Below, in pieces: positions 40,711 through 49,872 of a stretch of 64,000 nucleotides of DNA (positions are counted from its first letter, which is position 1; each line of letters opens with the position of its first letter). Source of the stretch: Vicinamibacterales bacterium. GTDB lineage: Bacteria; Acidobacteriota; Vicinamibacteria; Vicinamibacterales; UBA2999. The notes below the pieces were generated by a model. That model worked only from the letters and a program-made list of their open reading frames with translations. It was not told the DNA's origin and made no database searches. The DNA lies in contig JBFWUK010000007.1 of NCBI GenBank assembly GCA_050247355.1, positions 71,100-135,099 of the forward strand, in the 5' to 3' direction. The translations under genes and the position numbers were made by a program.

Positions 40711-41361
40711 ATGATCCGCTGGTTTCGCTCGCGCGTTAGCACTTTGCTCAATCTCGTTCGTCACCGGGCGCCGGTTCGCCGCGTCGCCACCGCACAATTG
40801 CCAACCGAGTTCGGGGAGTTCACCATTCACGTCTTCGAGAACGGGATGGGGGGCGGCACCCACGTGGCCATGGTGCGGGGCGAAATCGGCGACGGCGAGA
40901 ACGTGCTGGCCCGCGTCCATTCGTCGTGCCTGACCGGCGACATCTTCCATTCCTCGCGCTGCGACTGCGGCGAGCAGTTGCACGCGGCGCTGCAGCGAAT
41001 CTCGGACGAGGGCCGCGGCGTGCTGCTGTATCTCAACCAGGAGGGCAGGGGCATCGGGCTGGCGAACAAGATCCGCGCCTACGCCCTGCAGGAAGCCGGC
41101 TGCGACACGGTCGAAGCCAATGCCCGCCTGGGCTTTCCGGCCGACCTGCGCGATTACCGCGCCGCCATTCGCATGCTGCAGGATCTCGGCGTGCGGTCGA
41201 CGCGGCTGATGAGCAACAACCCGCGCAAGCTGGCGGGCATCACCGGTGAAGGCCTGTCGGTGAGCGAACGCCTGCCGATCGAGATCCTGGCCAACGCCTC
41301 GAACGAACGCTACCTCAAGACCAAGAAAGACAAGCTGGGCCACCTGCTGTCGTCGGTGTAG
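40711..41361 (+). CDS. ribA: GTP cyclohydrolase II (stand-alone, no RibB domain)
   Basis: VHSSCLTGDIFHSSRCDCGEQL zinc/Cys motif and NQEGRGIGLANK. The N-terminal 20 residues may be an over-extension. Confidence 0.85.
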   Translation: MIRWFRSRVSTLLNLVRHRAPVRRVATAQLPTEFGEFTIHVFENGMGGGTHVAMVRGEIGDGENVLARVHSSCLTGDIFHSSRCDCGEQLHAALQRISDEGRGVLLYLNQEGRGIGLANKIRAYALQEAGCDTVEANARLGFPADLRDYRAAIRMLQDLGVRSTRLMSNNPRKLAGITGEGLSVSERLPIEILANASNERYLKTKKDKLGHLLSSV

Positions 41362-41364
41362 CCG

Positions 41365-42924
41365 GTGTTCGCCGCTGCCGCCCTGCTGCTGCTGAACGCG
41401 TCGCTCACGTTCGGCAACGTGTGGCCGACACCGAAGATCCGCTGGGAGACGGCGCTGTCCGTGGAGCTGGCGGTGTGCGTGCTGCTGCTGGTGGTGGCGC
41501 ACCAACGGGCCGAGCGTCTTGCCCGCCGCGTGCTGCCTGCCTTGTGGGTGCTGCTGGTCGCCGGCCACTATCTCGACGTCACCGCCCCGGGGCTCTACGG
41601 CCGCGACTTCAACCTCTATTGGGACTCCCGGCACCTGGGCAACGTCACGGCCATGCTGGCGCGCGTGGTGCCCGCCTGGCAGATCGCGGCTGCGGCGGCC
41701 GGCTTCGTCGTCATCATCGCCGTCGTCTACCTGCTGTCGCGGCTGGCACTGCGGCACCTTGCCGCGGCGGTGCAACATCGCCGCCCACGCTTCGCGCTCG
41801 GCGCGATGGCGGCGCTCGTCGTCGCGCTGTTCGCCGCGCAGTCGTTCGTGCCGTTCGCGCGGCCGGCGTTTGCTGATCCGGCGGCTGGCGCCTATCTGCG
41901 CCAGGCCCGCTACGTCGTGGCGATGGCCGGCCCCGGCGGCGCGGTGCCGGCCCTGGGCGACAGCCCTGATTTTGCCGCCGACCTGGGCGGCCTCGACGGC
42001 GCGGATGTCGTGCTCGTGTTCCTGGAGTCGTACGGCGCCGTCACGTTCGACGACCCGGTGTTTGCCGAATCGCTGGCCGCGAGCCGGCGCAACCTCGCCG
42101 GCGCGGTGAGCGCTGCGGGCCGCGAACTGGTCTCCGCGTATGTCGAGTCGCCGACCTTCGGCGCATCATCGTGGCTCGCCCACCTCAGCCTGCTCTCGGG
42201 CGTGAAGGTGGCCGATCAGTACGCCTACACGTCGTTGATGGCCTCGTCGCGCGACACGCTGGTGAAGGCGTTCAGGCGCGGCGGCTATCGGTCGGTGGCG
42301 CTGATGCCGGGCATGCGGCAACCGTGGCCTGAAGGCGCCTTCTATGGCTTCGACGTGATTTACGGCCGCGACCTGCTCGCCTACAAGGGTCCTGAGTTCG
42401 GCTGGTGGGGGATTCCCGATCAGTTCGCGCTGGCCCGGCTGGACGAACTCGAGCGCACCGCCGCGCCACGCGCGCCGCTGTTTGCGGTGTTTCCCACCAG
42501 CATGTCGCACACGCCGTTCGGCCCGGTGCCGCCCTTTCTTCCCGAGTGGTCACGGGCGCTGCACAGTGACGGCTACCGTCCAGAGGATGTGGCAAGTGCC
42601 CCGGCGCCGGACCTGACCAATCTCTCGCCGAGCTACCTGCGGGCCATCGGCTACACCTACGACACGCTGGCCGGCTACATTCGCGCGCACGCCGGCGAGA
42701 ACCTGGTGATGGTGGTAATCGGCGATCACCAGCCGCCCGCCGCGGTCAGCGGCCGCACCGCTGTGCGCGATGTGCCGGTCCACGTGATCGCCAGCCGGTC
42801 CGGAATACTTCGACATCTGCAGTCGAACGGCTTTCGTTCAGGTGTCGAGCCCGAGCGGCCGGTGGCCGGCGAGATGCACGCGCTGGTGCCGATACTGCTC
42901 GGCGCCTTCAGCGCGCGCGATTAG
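41365..42924 (+). CDS. Membrane-anchored sulfatase/LtaS-like (alkaline phosphatase superfamily) protein
   Basis: 5 N-terminal TM segments followed by VLVFLESYGAV and SPTFGASSW, which are LtaS/sulfatase-like metal-site and nucleophile regions. The GTG start is 3 nt after the ribA stop. Confidence 0.55.
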   Translation: MFAAAALLLLNASLTFGNVWPTPKIRWETALSVELAVCVLLLVVAHQRAERLARRVLPALWVLLVAGHYLDVTAPGLYGRDFNLYWDSRHLGNVTAMLARVVPAWQIAAAAAGFVVIIAVVYLLSRLALRHLAAAVQHRRPRFALGAMAALVVALFAAQSFVPFARPAFADPAAGAYLRQARYVVAMAGPGGAVPALGDSPDFAADLGGLDGADVVLVFLESYGAVTFDDPVFAESLAASRRNLAGAVSAAGRELVSAYVESPTFGASSWLAHLSLLSGVKVADQYAYTSLMASSRDTLVKAFRRGGYRSVALMPGMRQPWPEGAFYGFDVIYGRDLLAYKGPEFGWWGIPDQFALARLDELERTAAPRAPLFAVFPTSMSHTPFGPVPPFLPEWSRALHSDGYRPEDVASAPAPDLTNLSPSYLRAIGYTYDTLAGYIRAHAGENLVMVVIGDHQPPAAVSGRTAVRDVPVHVIASRSGILRHLQSNGFRSGVEPERPVAGEMHALVPILLGAFSARD

Positions 42925-42941
42925 CGCCTGTCCACGGACGA

Positions 42942-43110
42942 GGCTACAGAGGACACAGAGAGTTAATTCTGCAAACTGGCTGTCAGCCCTTGCAATGCGA
43001 TTGGAAGCGGACTCGCGTCAGCGTGTTCTTACGTCTCCATCACCGTGCCGCCGAACCGCGCAGATTGCGCTGACCGGCGCGCGCAGTTTGAGGATTCGAA
43101 GCCAGGCCGC
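42942..43110. repeat. Intergenic repeat element, copy B (partial)
   Basis: GGCTACAGAGGACACAGAGAGTTAATTC (42942-42969) matches the copy A left arm plus GAGTAATTCC. The 16-mer TTCGAAGCCAGGCCGC (43095-43110) is identical to 9581-9596. Confidence 0.6.
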
Positions 43111-43158
43111 CTGATCTAACCCATCCTCCGAATCGGCAGGATCTGAGCGCAGCGGTCA

Positions 43159-43178
43159 GGCGGCGATGGCTCGCCGCC
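43159..43178 (-). terminator. Hairpin downstream of the hybrid kinase gene
   Basis: GGCGGCGA-TGGC-TCGCCGCC forms a perfect 8-bp stem 8 nt after the stop codon. There is no U-tract. Confidence 0.35.
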
Positions 43179-43186
43179 AGAGGCCC

Positions 43187-46100
43187 TCAGGCATCCAGGC
43201 AACGTCGAACAGTCTCGAGGACTTTGGAAGGCGCGGACGGCTTTTGAATGAAGTTCTGTCCCTCCTGCAAGGAAATCTCCCGGCCGGCGATCTCTGCGCT
43301 GTAGCCACTAGTGAAGACGACTTTTAACCCCGGTTTGGACGCCATAAGCTGAGTGGCCAATTCGCGGCCGCTCACGCCGCCCGGCATGACGAGATCCGTC
43401 AGCAGCAGGTGGATGTCCTTTCGATGCTGTTCCCACACCTTTAGGGCTTCGACCCCATCCGAGGCTTCGACGACCTGGTAGCCGGCTCGTTCCAGGACAA
43501 CCCGGGTCAGCATGCGGACGAGCGGCTCATCTTCCACGACCAGAATCGTTTCTGTTCCGCCGGCCGGCCTGGACTGCGTCGCCAGCGCGGCGATCTGGGG
43601 CGCCGCCGTTCTCGCTGGAAGCAGAACCCTGAAAGTGGCTCCCTGCCCAGGTTCACTCTCCACCTGCAGCAAACCACTGTGCTGCTTGACGATGCCGAAG
43701 ACGGTGGCCAATCCAAGTCCCGTGCCCTTGCCCGCCTCCTTGGTGGTGAAGAACGGCTCGAAGATTCGCGGCAACACGTCGCTCGGAATACCGGTGCCGG
43801 AGTCGCTTACGCTCAGCGCCACGTAGTCGCCCGGCGCGACTTCCTGGTGGAGCCGCCCGAGCCTCTCGTCGACGACTTGCTGGGAGGTCGTAATGATCAG
43901 TCGTCCGCCGCCAGGCATGGCATCCCGGGCATTGACAGCCAAGTTCATGAGCACCTGATCGATCATTCCGGCATCCGCGTACGTGATCAACGGGCTCGGG
44001 TGCAGATCCAACTGCAACCGCACATCCTCCCCAAGGATGCGCTGAAGCAGCTTGGCCAGGCTCGTGACGACTTCGTTGAGATCCAAATCACGCGGCTGCA
44101 TGACTTGCTTCCGGCTGAAGAGCAGCAGCTGCCGGGTGAGATTGGCGGCGCGTTCGGCGGATGCTCGGATTTGCTGTAAACCCTCATGGATCTCTGGCGG
44201 CACACGGTCGGCCGTTTCGGAGAGTTCGGCCTGCATCATCATCACGGTGAGAATGTTGTTGAAGTCGTGCGCCACCCCGCCGGCCAGCTGACCGATGGCC
44301 TCCATCTTCTGCGACTGACGGAACTGATCCTCCAGTTGGCGGCGGTCGGTGATGTCTTCCGCAGTCCCGACGATGCGGATGACCTCGCCCGTGCTGCCGC
44401 GCACCGGAAAGGCGCGGTCCTTGATCCAGCGCACGGCGCCGTCGGGCCGCACGATCCGGTAGGTTTCGTCGTAGTGGCCGATCGACTGCCTGGTTTCAGC
44501 GGCGTGCATGATTCTCGCGCGGTCGTCGGGGTGAATCGCCTCGAGCCAGGTGTGCGGGGACTCGTGGAGGCTGGCGCATGTGCGGCCCCAGATGGTCTCG
44601 TAGGCCGGGCTGACGTACAGCATCTCGCGCTTGGCCGGGTCGGTAATCCAGAAGACTTCCTGGATGTTCTCCGCCAATTCCCTGAAGCGAGTCTCGCTTT
44701 CGCGCAACTGCTGCTCGTAGCGCAGACGTTCGGCCTCCCGCTCATGGACTTCCAGCGCGAAGCCGATGTCCAGGGCCAGTTCATCCAGCAGGCGAAGTTC
44801 ATCAGCGTCAAAGAAGTCCGGCTCATCGGCGTACAGATTAAATGTGCCAATGACGGTGCCCCGGACTTTCAGCGGCAGCGACACCATCGAGCGGTAGCCG
44901 CGTTGCCACGCAGCCTCGCGCCAGGGGGCGGCGCGCTGGTCACGCGCGATGTCGTTGCAGATGCCGTGCTGGCCGGTGCGCAAGGCCTGCGCCGTGAAGG
45001 CGCAATCGCCCCCGTGTTGGTGCGTGCCGACAAGCGCGAGCAGAATCTTCAGTGTGTCGTCCGTCGCGCCGGCATGCGAGGTGATTTGCAACCGTCCGTC
45101 GGCCGAATCCACCAAGCCGATCCACGCCATGAGGAATCGGCCCTTCTCGACGGCGATCCCGCAGGCTGCCGTGAGCATCGCCCGGGGGTCTTTCTCGCGC
45201 ACGATATTCTGATTGATGTCGCTCAAGACCGCATAGACGCGGTTCAACTGGCGGATGTGTACCTCGTCCCGCTTCCGCTGGGTAATGTCCTGCACCGTGC
45301 CGTAGAGTCCCCGCACTTTGCCGTCGTCGCTCAGGTGCGGCACCGCCCTTGCGTGCACGTGCACCCGCCGGCCGTCCGGATGAATGGCCACCAGTTCGTA
45401 CTCCTGGGCTTCGCCCGTCCCGATCGCCCGGTTGACCTGATCAGTCATCAACGCGACGGAGGCCGGATCGTAAATCGTGGCGTTTTCTTCGTAGCTGCGC
45501 GGCGGCCCGAGCAGCGGATCACGCCCAAGTATTTTGAACACTTGCGGTGACCAGGTGATGTCCTGAGTGGCAAAATCCCACTCCCAGTCTCCCATCTGTC
45601 CGATGTCCTGCGCGACAGTCAAGCGCTCAATCGCGCGCGCAGCAGCCTGCTCCGCCAGCACGCGCCCGGTGATGACTTCGGTGAAAATAATGATCCCGCC
45701 GATGTCCCCCTGCGCCGTGTGCCACGGTCGGATTTCCCACCGCACCCAGTCTGTGGTGCCGTCGGCCCGGGGGAACTCATCCGCGTCGCAACGCTCGACC
45801 GCCCCTGCGAGACACCGCCGGTGGATGTCCTTCCAACGCTCCGGGACTTCCGGAAACACGTCATAGTGGCTGACGCCGATGATGTCCCGTTCGCCCAGGT
45901 TGTAGTCGGTGAGACAGCGACGGCTCACCACGAGGTACCGCATGTCGCGGTCGAGCATGGCCAGCGCCGCCGGGCTGTGCTCGATGAAGAGTCGGAGCAC
46001 CTGAGCATTTTCGAGCAGCGCCGCCTCCGCCGCCTTGCGCTCAGTAATATCCACAAACGTGACGGCGCATTGCCCCGCCGCTGGCTGGTAGGCAGAGATG

Positions 46101-47275
46101 GAGTAATACGTGCCGAGACGCTCCGAACGCTGCTCAAACTGCCGGGGCACTCCGGTCAGCGCCACCTGCGCGAACGTGCCTATCCAGTCGGCGTCGTCAT
46201 CTTCGATCCCTGGCAACACGTGTGTCAGGCGTTTGCCGATCACCTCCTGTGGATTCAGACCCGTCGTCACGGCAAATCCGTGATTGGCCGCGAGGATGAC
46301 AAGGTCGATCGGCGCGCCTCGATCGTCCTGCACGACCTCGAACAACTCGAAGCCGCCGGCCATGTTCTCAAAGAGCGACCGGTACCGTTTCTCGGACTCA
46401 ACGATCTTCTGTCCCGCCTGCTTGTGCTCGGTGATATCAACGAACGTGCTCACCGCGTGCGGTTCGCCCCGTAACTCCACCACCGCCGTGCTCATCAGGA
46501 CCTCGCGGGTCTCTCCGCCTCGTGTCCGGAGCGTGAGTCCCTCGCCTTGCGCGCGGCCATCCTTCCCCAACTGCGATCGCACGCGCGCCGCGTCAGCCTC
46601 CTCAACGAGGGCCAGGTCGCCGGTGGTCCGGCCAACAATGTCCTTCAGCTCCCAGCCGGTGATGGTCGAGAACGCGGCATTGGCATCCGTGAACGTTCGG
46701 TCACCGAGGCGATTGATGGCGAGGCCGACCGGACACGTGCTGAACACCCTGAACAACCGCGCTTCCTCCTCGGCGAGCGCGCGCGCGTGGCGGCGCAACT
46801 CCAGTTGCGCCATCACCTGCCGGCCCAGCACGCGTAGCGCGTCCTGCTGCGCCGTGGTCAACTCGCGCGCCACACGGTCGATGACGCACAACGTGCCGAG
46901 CGCCGCCCCATCAGGTGTGACCAGGGGCGCGCCGGCATAAAAACGGATGCGGGGATCGTCCGTGACGAGAGGATTGTCCGCGAAGCGTTCATCGCAAGTG
47001 GCATCTGGGACGATGAACAGGTCCGACTGAAGAATGCCATGCGCGCAAAACGACACGTCGCGCGGTGTTTCGGTGACGGTCAGGCCGACTTTGGACTTGA
47101 ACCATTGCCGGTGCTCGTCAATTAGCGAAATCATGGCGATCGGCGCGCCGCAGATGTGCGCGGCGAGGGCGGTCAGGTCATCCAGCGCTTGCTCTGGCGC
47201 CGTGTCGAGCACTTCGTAGCGACTGAGTCGCTGCAAGCGCTCGGCCTCGTTGGACGGGTGAAGGGGCGGCCGCAT
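43187..47275 (-). CDS. Hybrid sensor histidine kinase (GAF, multiple PAS, GAF, PAS, HisKA, HATPase_c, REC)
   Basis: 1362 aa. GAF-like N-terminus (FCAHGIL...RFYAGAPL), repeated PAS-like blocks, H-box GGVAHDFNNIL, G-boxes GTGLGLATV, and a C-terminal receiver (LVVEDE...LLLTDLVMPG). Confidence 0.9.
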   Translation of the reverse strand: MRPPLHPSNEAERLQRLSRYEVLDTAPEQALDDLTALAAHICGAPIAMISLIDEHRQWFKSKVGLTVTETPRDVSFCAHGILQSDLFIVPDATCDERFADNPLVTDDPRIRFYAGAPLVTPDGAALGTLCVIDRVARELTTAQQDALRVLGRQVMAQLELRRHARALAEEEARLFRVFSTCPVGLAINRLGDRTFTDANAAFSTITGWELKDIVGRTTGDLALVEEADAARVRSQLGKDGRAQGEGLTLRTRGGETREVLMSTAVVELRGEPHAVSTFVDITEHKQAGQKIVESEKRYRSLFENMAGGFELFEVVQDDRGAPIDLVILAANHGFAVTTGLNPQEVIGKRLTHVLPGIEDDDADWIGTFAQVALTGVPRQFEQRSERLGTYYSISAYQPAAGQCAVTFVDITERKAAEAALLENAQVLRLFIEHSPAALAMLDRDMRYLVVSRRCLTDYNLGERDIIGVSHYDVFPEVPERWKDIHRRCLAGAVERCDADEFPRADGTTDWVRWEIRPWHTAQGDIGGIIIFTEVITGRVLAEQAAARAIERLTVAQDIGQMGDWEWDFATQDITWSPQVFKILGRDPLLGPPRSYEENATIYDPASVALMTDQVNRAIGTGEAQEYELVAIHPDGRRVHVHARAVPHLSDDGKVRGLYGTVQDITQRKRDEVHIRQLNRVYAVLSDINQNIVREKDPRAMLTAACGIAVEKGRFLMAWIGLVDSADGRLQITSHAGATDDTLKILLALVGTHQHGGDCAFTAQALRTGQHGICNDIARDQRAAPWREAAWQRGYRSMVSLPLKVRGTVIGTFNLYADEPDFFDADELRLLDELALDIGFALEVHEREAERLRYEQQLRESETRFRELAENIQEVFWITDPAKREMLYVSPAYETIWGRTCASLHESPHTWLEAIHPDDRARIMHAAETRQSIGHYDETYRIVRPDGAVRWIKDRAFPVRGSTGEVIRIVGTAEDITDRRQLEDQFRQSQKMEAIGQLAGGVAHDFNNILTVMMMQAELSETADRVPPEIHEGLQQIRASAERAANLTRQLLLFSRKQVMQPRDLDLNEVVTSLAKLLQRILGEDVRLQLDLHPSPLITYADAGMIDQVLMNLAVNARDAMPGGGRLIITTSQQVVDERLGRLHQEVAPGDYVALSVSDSGTGIPSDVLPRIFEPFFTTKEAGKGTGLGLATVFGIVKQHSGLLQVESEPGQGATFRVLLPARTAAPQIAALATQSRPAGGTETILVVEDEPLVRMLTRVVLERAGYQVVEASDGVEALKVWEQHRKDIHLLLTDLVMPGGVSGRELATQLMASKPGLKVVFTSGYSAEIAGREISLQEGQNFIQKPSAPSKVLETVRRCLDA

Positions 47276-47418
47276 TCGTGCCTGACCGTGTTATAGCCGA
47301 AGTGACGCTGGTCAGGTAGGAGGAAGTGGCCGAGTCTTCCATGAGCGAGATCCATCGGACGAGGGATAAGTGGTTCTCATGATGGGGCGAGGCTGACAGC
47401 GGCCAGCCGGCCCTCACG

Positions 47419-49119
47419 TCAACGCGGCTGGCCGAACAGACCGCCGAAGAAGTCGCCCTCGTTCCATGCCGGCCTGGCGGATTGCTCCGCGACCTGCCAT
47501 CCCGTCAGGAAGTTGATCCTGGCATGGTCCGCTCCGGCCTCGAAGTCGAAGGCCTGCGACATGTCGTCGTTCGGCTTGTGGTACACGTCGCGGCGGTAGG
47601 CGGCGTTGATGGCGCTGCCGTCGCGGGCGTCACCGGTCTCGAATCCGCTCTTGATGAACAGCGACGGCACGCCCTGTCGCACGAAACTGTAGTGATCGCT
47701 GCGGATGAACAGCACCTGCTCGGGGATGGGATCCTCGCCAATGGCCATGCCCAGCTTTCTGGCGGCGCGGTTCACCGGCGTGGAGAGCGTGGAGTGCTGG
47801 GCGCCGTACGGCACGATGTCCTTCAGCGGATGGAACAGGAACGGCATGTCCAGCGTCAGGTCGGCGACAATGCCGCCGGCGGGCACGGTGGGGTTGCGCG
47901 CGAAGTAGTCCGAGCCGAGCAGGCCGCGCTCTTCGGCGGTGACAAACAGGAACAGGACCGATCGCTTCGGCGCCGCCGGCAGTGCCTTGAAAGCACGGGC
48001 CAGCTCCAGCACGATGGCCACGCCCGAGGCGTTGTCGTGCGCGCCGTTGTAGATGTCGTCGCCGTTCATCGCCACCCCGCGGCCAAAATGATCGACGTGC
48101 GCGATGTAGACGACGTGTTCGTTCTTCAGCGACGGGTCGGTGCCTTCGAGACGCGCCACCACGTTGGCACTGTCCAGGCTGGTGTGGGTTGACCTGGTCG
48201 TGATCGACACGCGTGTGGCAAGGTCGAATGCCTGGGGCTCGCTCTTCGCCGCCGCTGCGAACACCGCGGCCGCGGGCTTCGAGGCGCCGTCAAAGATCGC
48301 CGCGACGCCCGAGTGGTTGAGCGAGACCGAGCCGCGCAGGGCCGGATCGCCGCGATTGGGTTGTCCCTTCGCGTCGAGCCACGCGTAGTTGCCCTGTGCG
48401 CCGGTGGCGACGCTGACATCCCAGCGGAAGCGCGGGTCGTCCGGCGAGGTGAAGCTGATCGTGCCGACGGCGCCGCGCTTGACGGCCTCCGCGTCCTTGA
48501 CGGCGCCCGACGAGTAATACGCGCGCTCGTTGCTCGGCAGTTTCGCCGGGGCGCCGCTGAGATATGCGACCACCTTGCCCTTTACGTCCACGCCGGCGGC
48601 GTAGTCGTCATATCCCTGCGCCGGCGCGCTCACGCCGTAGCCGACGAACACCACGGGCGCATCTGCGAGGCTGACGTCTTCGCGCAACTGGTCCGCCGCC
48701 AGCAGATAGTCCTTGCCGTAGGCCAGGGTCTTCGTGGCGCCCTTGGACGTCACTGCGAACGAGCTTGCCTTCTGCACGATGACGCTGTTCCTGAGCGGCA
48801 CGCGCTGGCGGAAGCTGCCGTTTTCTCCGGACGGAGAGAGGCCGCCAGCGGTGAGCGTCTGTTCCACGTATTGCAGCGCGCGTTCATACCCGGCGCTGCC
48901 GAGCCCGCGGCCTTCCATTTCGTCGCGCGCGAGCACGGTCATGTGCTGCTTGATCCGGTCGGCGCTGATCGCTTCGAGCGCGGCGTCGATGGCGGGCGTG
49001 TCGATCGACACGGTTTCCTCAGTTGCCGGCGCCGGCGCTGCCGGTGCGCCTCCGCACGCAGCAAGCAGCCCACCCAACGCGATGCCCAGGAATCCATGTC
49101 GTCCGATACGCCGGCTCAT
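47419..49119 (-). CDS. M28 family metallopeptidase with PA domain, lipoprotein
   Basis: LLAACGG lipobox. Zn-ligand regions HVDHFG, GAHDNASG, AEERGLLGS and SDHYSF. Confidence 0.85.
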   Translation of the reverse strand: MSRRIGRHGFLGIALGGLLAACGGAPAAPAPATEETVSIDTPAIDAALEAISADRIKQHMTVLARDEMEGRGLGSAGYERALQYVEQTLTAGGLSPSGENGSFRQRVPLRNSVIVQKASSFAVTSKGATKTLAYGKDYLLAADQLREDVSLADAPVVFVGYGVSAPAQGYDDYAAGVDVKGKVVAYLSGAPAKLPSNERAYYSSGAVKDAEAVKRGAVGTISFTSPDDPRFRWDVSVATGAQGNYAWLDAKGQPNRGDPALRGSVSLNHSGVAAIFDGASKPAAAVFAAAAKSEPQAFDLATRVSITTRSTHTSLDSANVVARLEGTDPSLKNEHVVYIAHVDHFGRGVAMNGDDIYNGAHDNASGVAIVLELARAFKALPAAPKRSVLFLFVTAEERGLLGSDYFARNPTVPAGGIVADLTLDMPFLFHPLKDIVPYGAQHSTLSTPVNRAARKLGMAIGEDPIPEQVLFIRSDHYSFVRQGVPSLFIKSGFETGDARDGSAINAAYRRDVYHKPNDDMSQAFDFEAGADHARINFLTGWQVAEQSARPAWNEGDFFGGLFGQPR

Positions 49120-49842
49120 ATGTGTCGCCCTCCAATGGCTGGAGAAGGATAGCAGGTGCGGGCCTTGGGCGAGCCAGTCGATCGCAGGTTCAGGGCGCCG
49201 CGATCGTCAGCCGAGGGTCGGCGCGGCCCGCCGAGCTTGGCCACCGCTTCGGCGCGTGACTGCACCTGCAGCGTCTCGTAGATGCGGCGAACGTGGGCCC
49301 GGACGGTGTTGATGCTCACGCCGAGTTCGTCGGCGACTCCTTGTACATCAGCCCGCGGCTGAGCGCGGCCAGCACCTCGCGTTCGCGCTCGGTCAGGGCC
49401 TGTACTTCCGGCGCTTCTCGCCGCGGCGAGAAGTACTGCACCAGCTTGCGGGCGATGGCGCTCGAGATCGGCGAGCGCCGGCACACACCTCGCGCACGGC
49501 GTCGAGCACTTCGCCGCCGGTAGCTTCCTTCAGGACGTAACCGGTGGCGCCCGCCTTGAGGGACTCGAACACGGTCTCGCTGTCGCCCAGGGCCGTCAGC
49601 ATCACCACCTGCACCGAGGGCAACACGTTCTTGAGCTGCCGGACGCACTCGATGCCCGTCATTCCCGGCAGGTTGATGTCCATCAATACGGCGTCCGGCG
49701 CGAGGCCGGGAAGGTGCGCCATCGCCTCCTCGCCCGAACTGTACGCGCCGACGAGCCCTATCTCCGGATCGCCGGCCACGAGGGCGCCGTACTCCGCCCG
49801 CAGGCGGGGATCGTCTTCAACCAGGGCGAGGCGAATTGGCAT
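49116..49842 (-). pseudogene. NarL/LuxR-family response regulator disrupted by two 1-nt frameshifts
   Basis: REC domain in frame 1 (MPIRLALVEDD...LMDINLPGM...REVCAG). The linker and first HTH half sit in frame 2 (SPISSAIARKLVQYF...LTEREREVLAALSRGLMYKE). The HTH recognition helix sits in frame 3 (VADELGVSINTVRAHVRRIYETLQV). The frame switches occur near 49476 and 49347, both in short G/C runs. Confidence 0.7.
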
Positions 49843-49872
49843 GGTCAGTTAGTCCGGCGGGTCGGTGGTGCG

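Noticed and set aside
40711-41361. ribA (GTP cyclohydrolase II) as the entry enzyme of the PTPS-fold cluster.
   Set aside because: It lies 11 kb away in a different transcription unit. GTP cyclohydrolase II feeds riboflavin-type pyrimidines, not the dihydroneopterin substrate of PTPS enzymes. There is no support for functional linkage from the sequence alone.
39103-41778. Very long ORFs on the opposite strand or in other frames. Examples: 39103-41778 (891 aa), 2540-4396, 14190-16148, 14675-16654, 18174-20027, 30299-32143, 58052-59944.
   Set aside because: Each lies antisense or out of frame to a gene with clear family motifs. They are Arg/Gly/Ala/Pro/His-rich with no recognisable domains, which is typical of GC-rich shadow ORFs.
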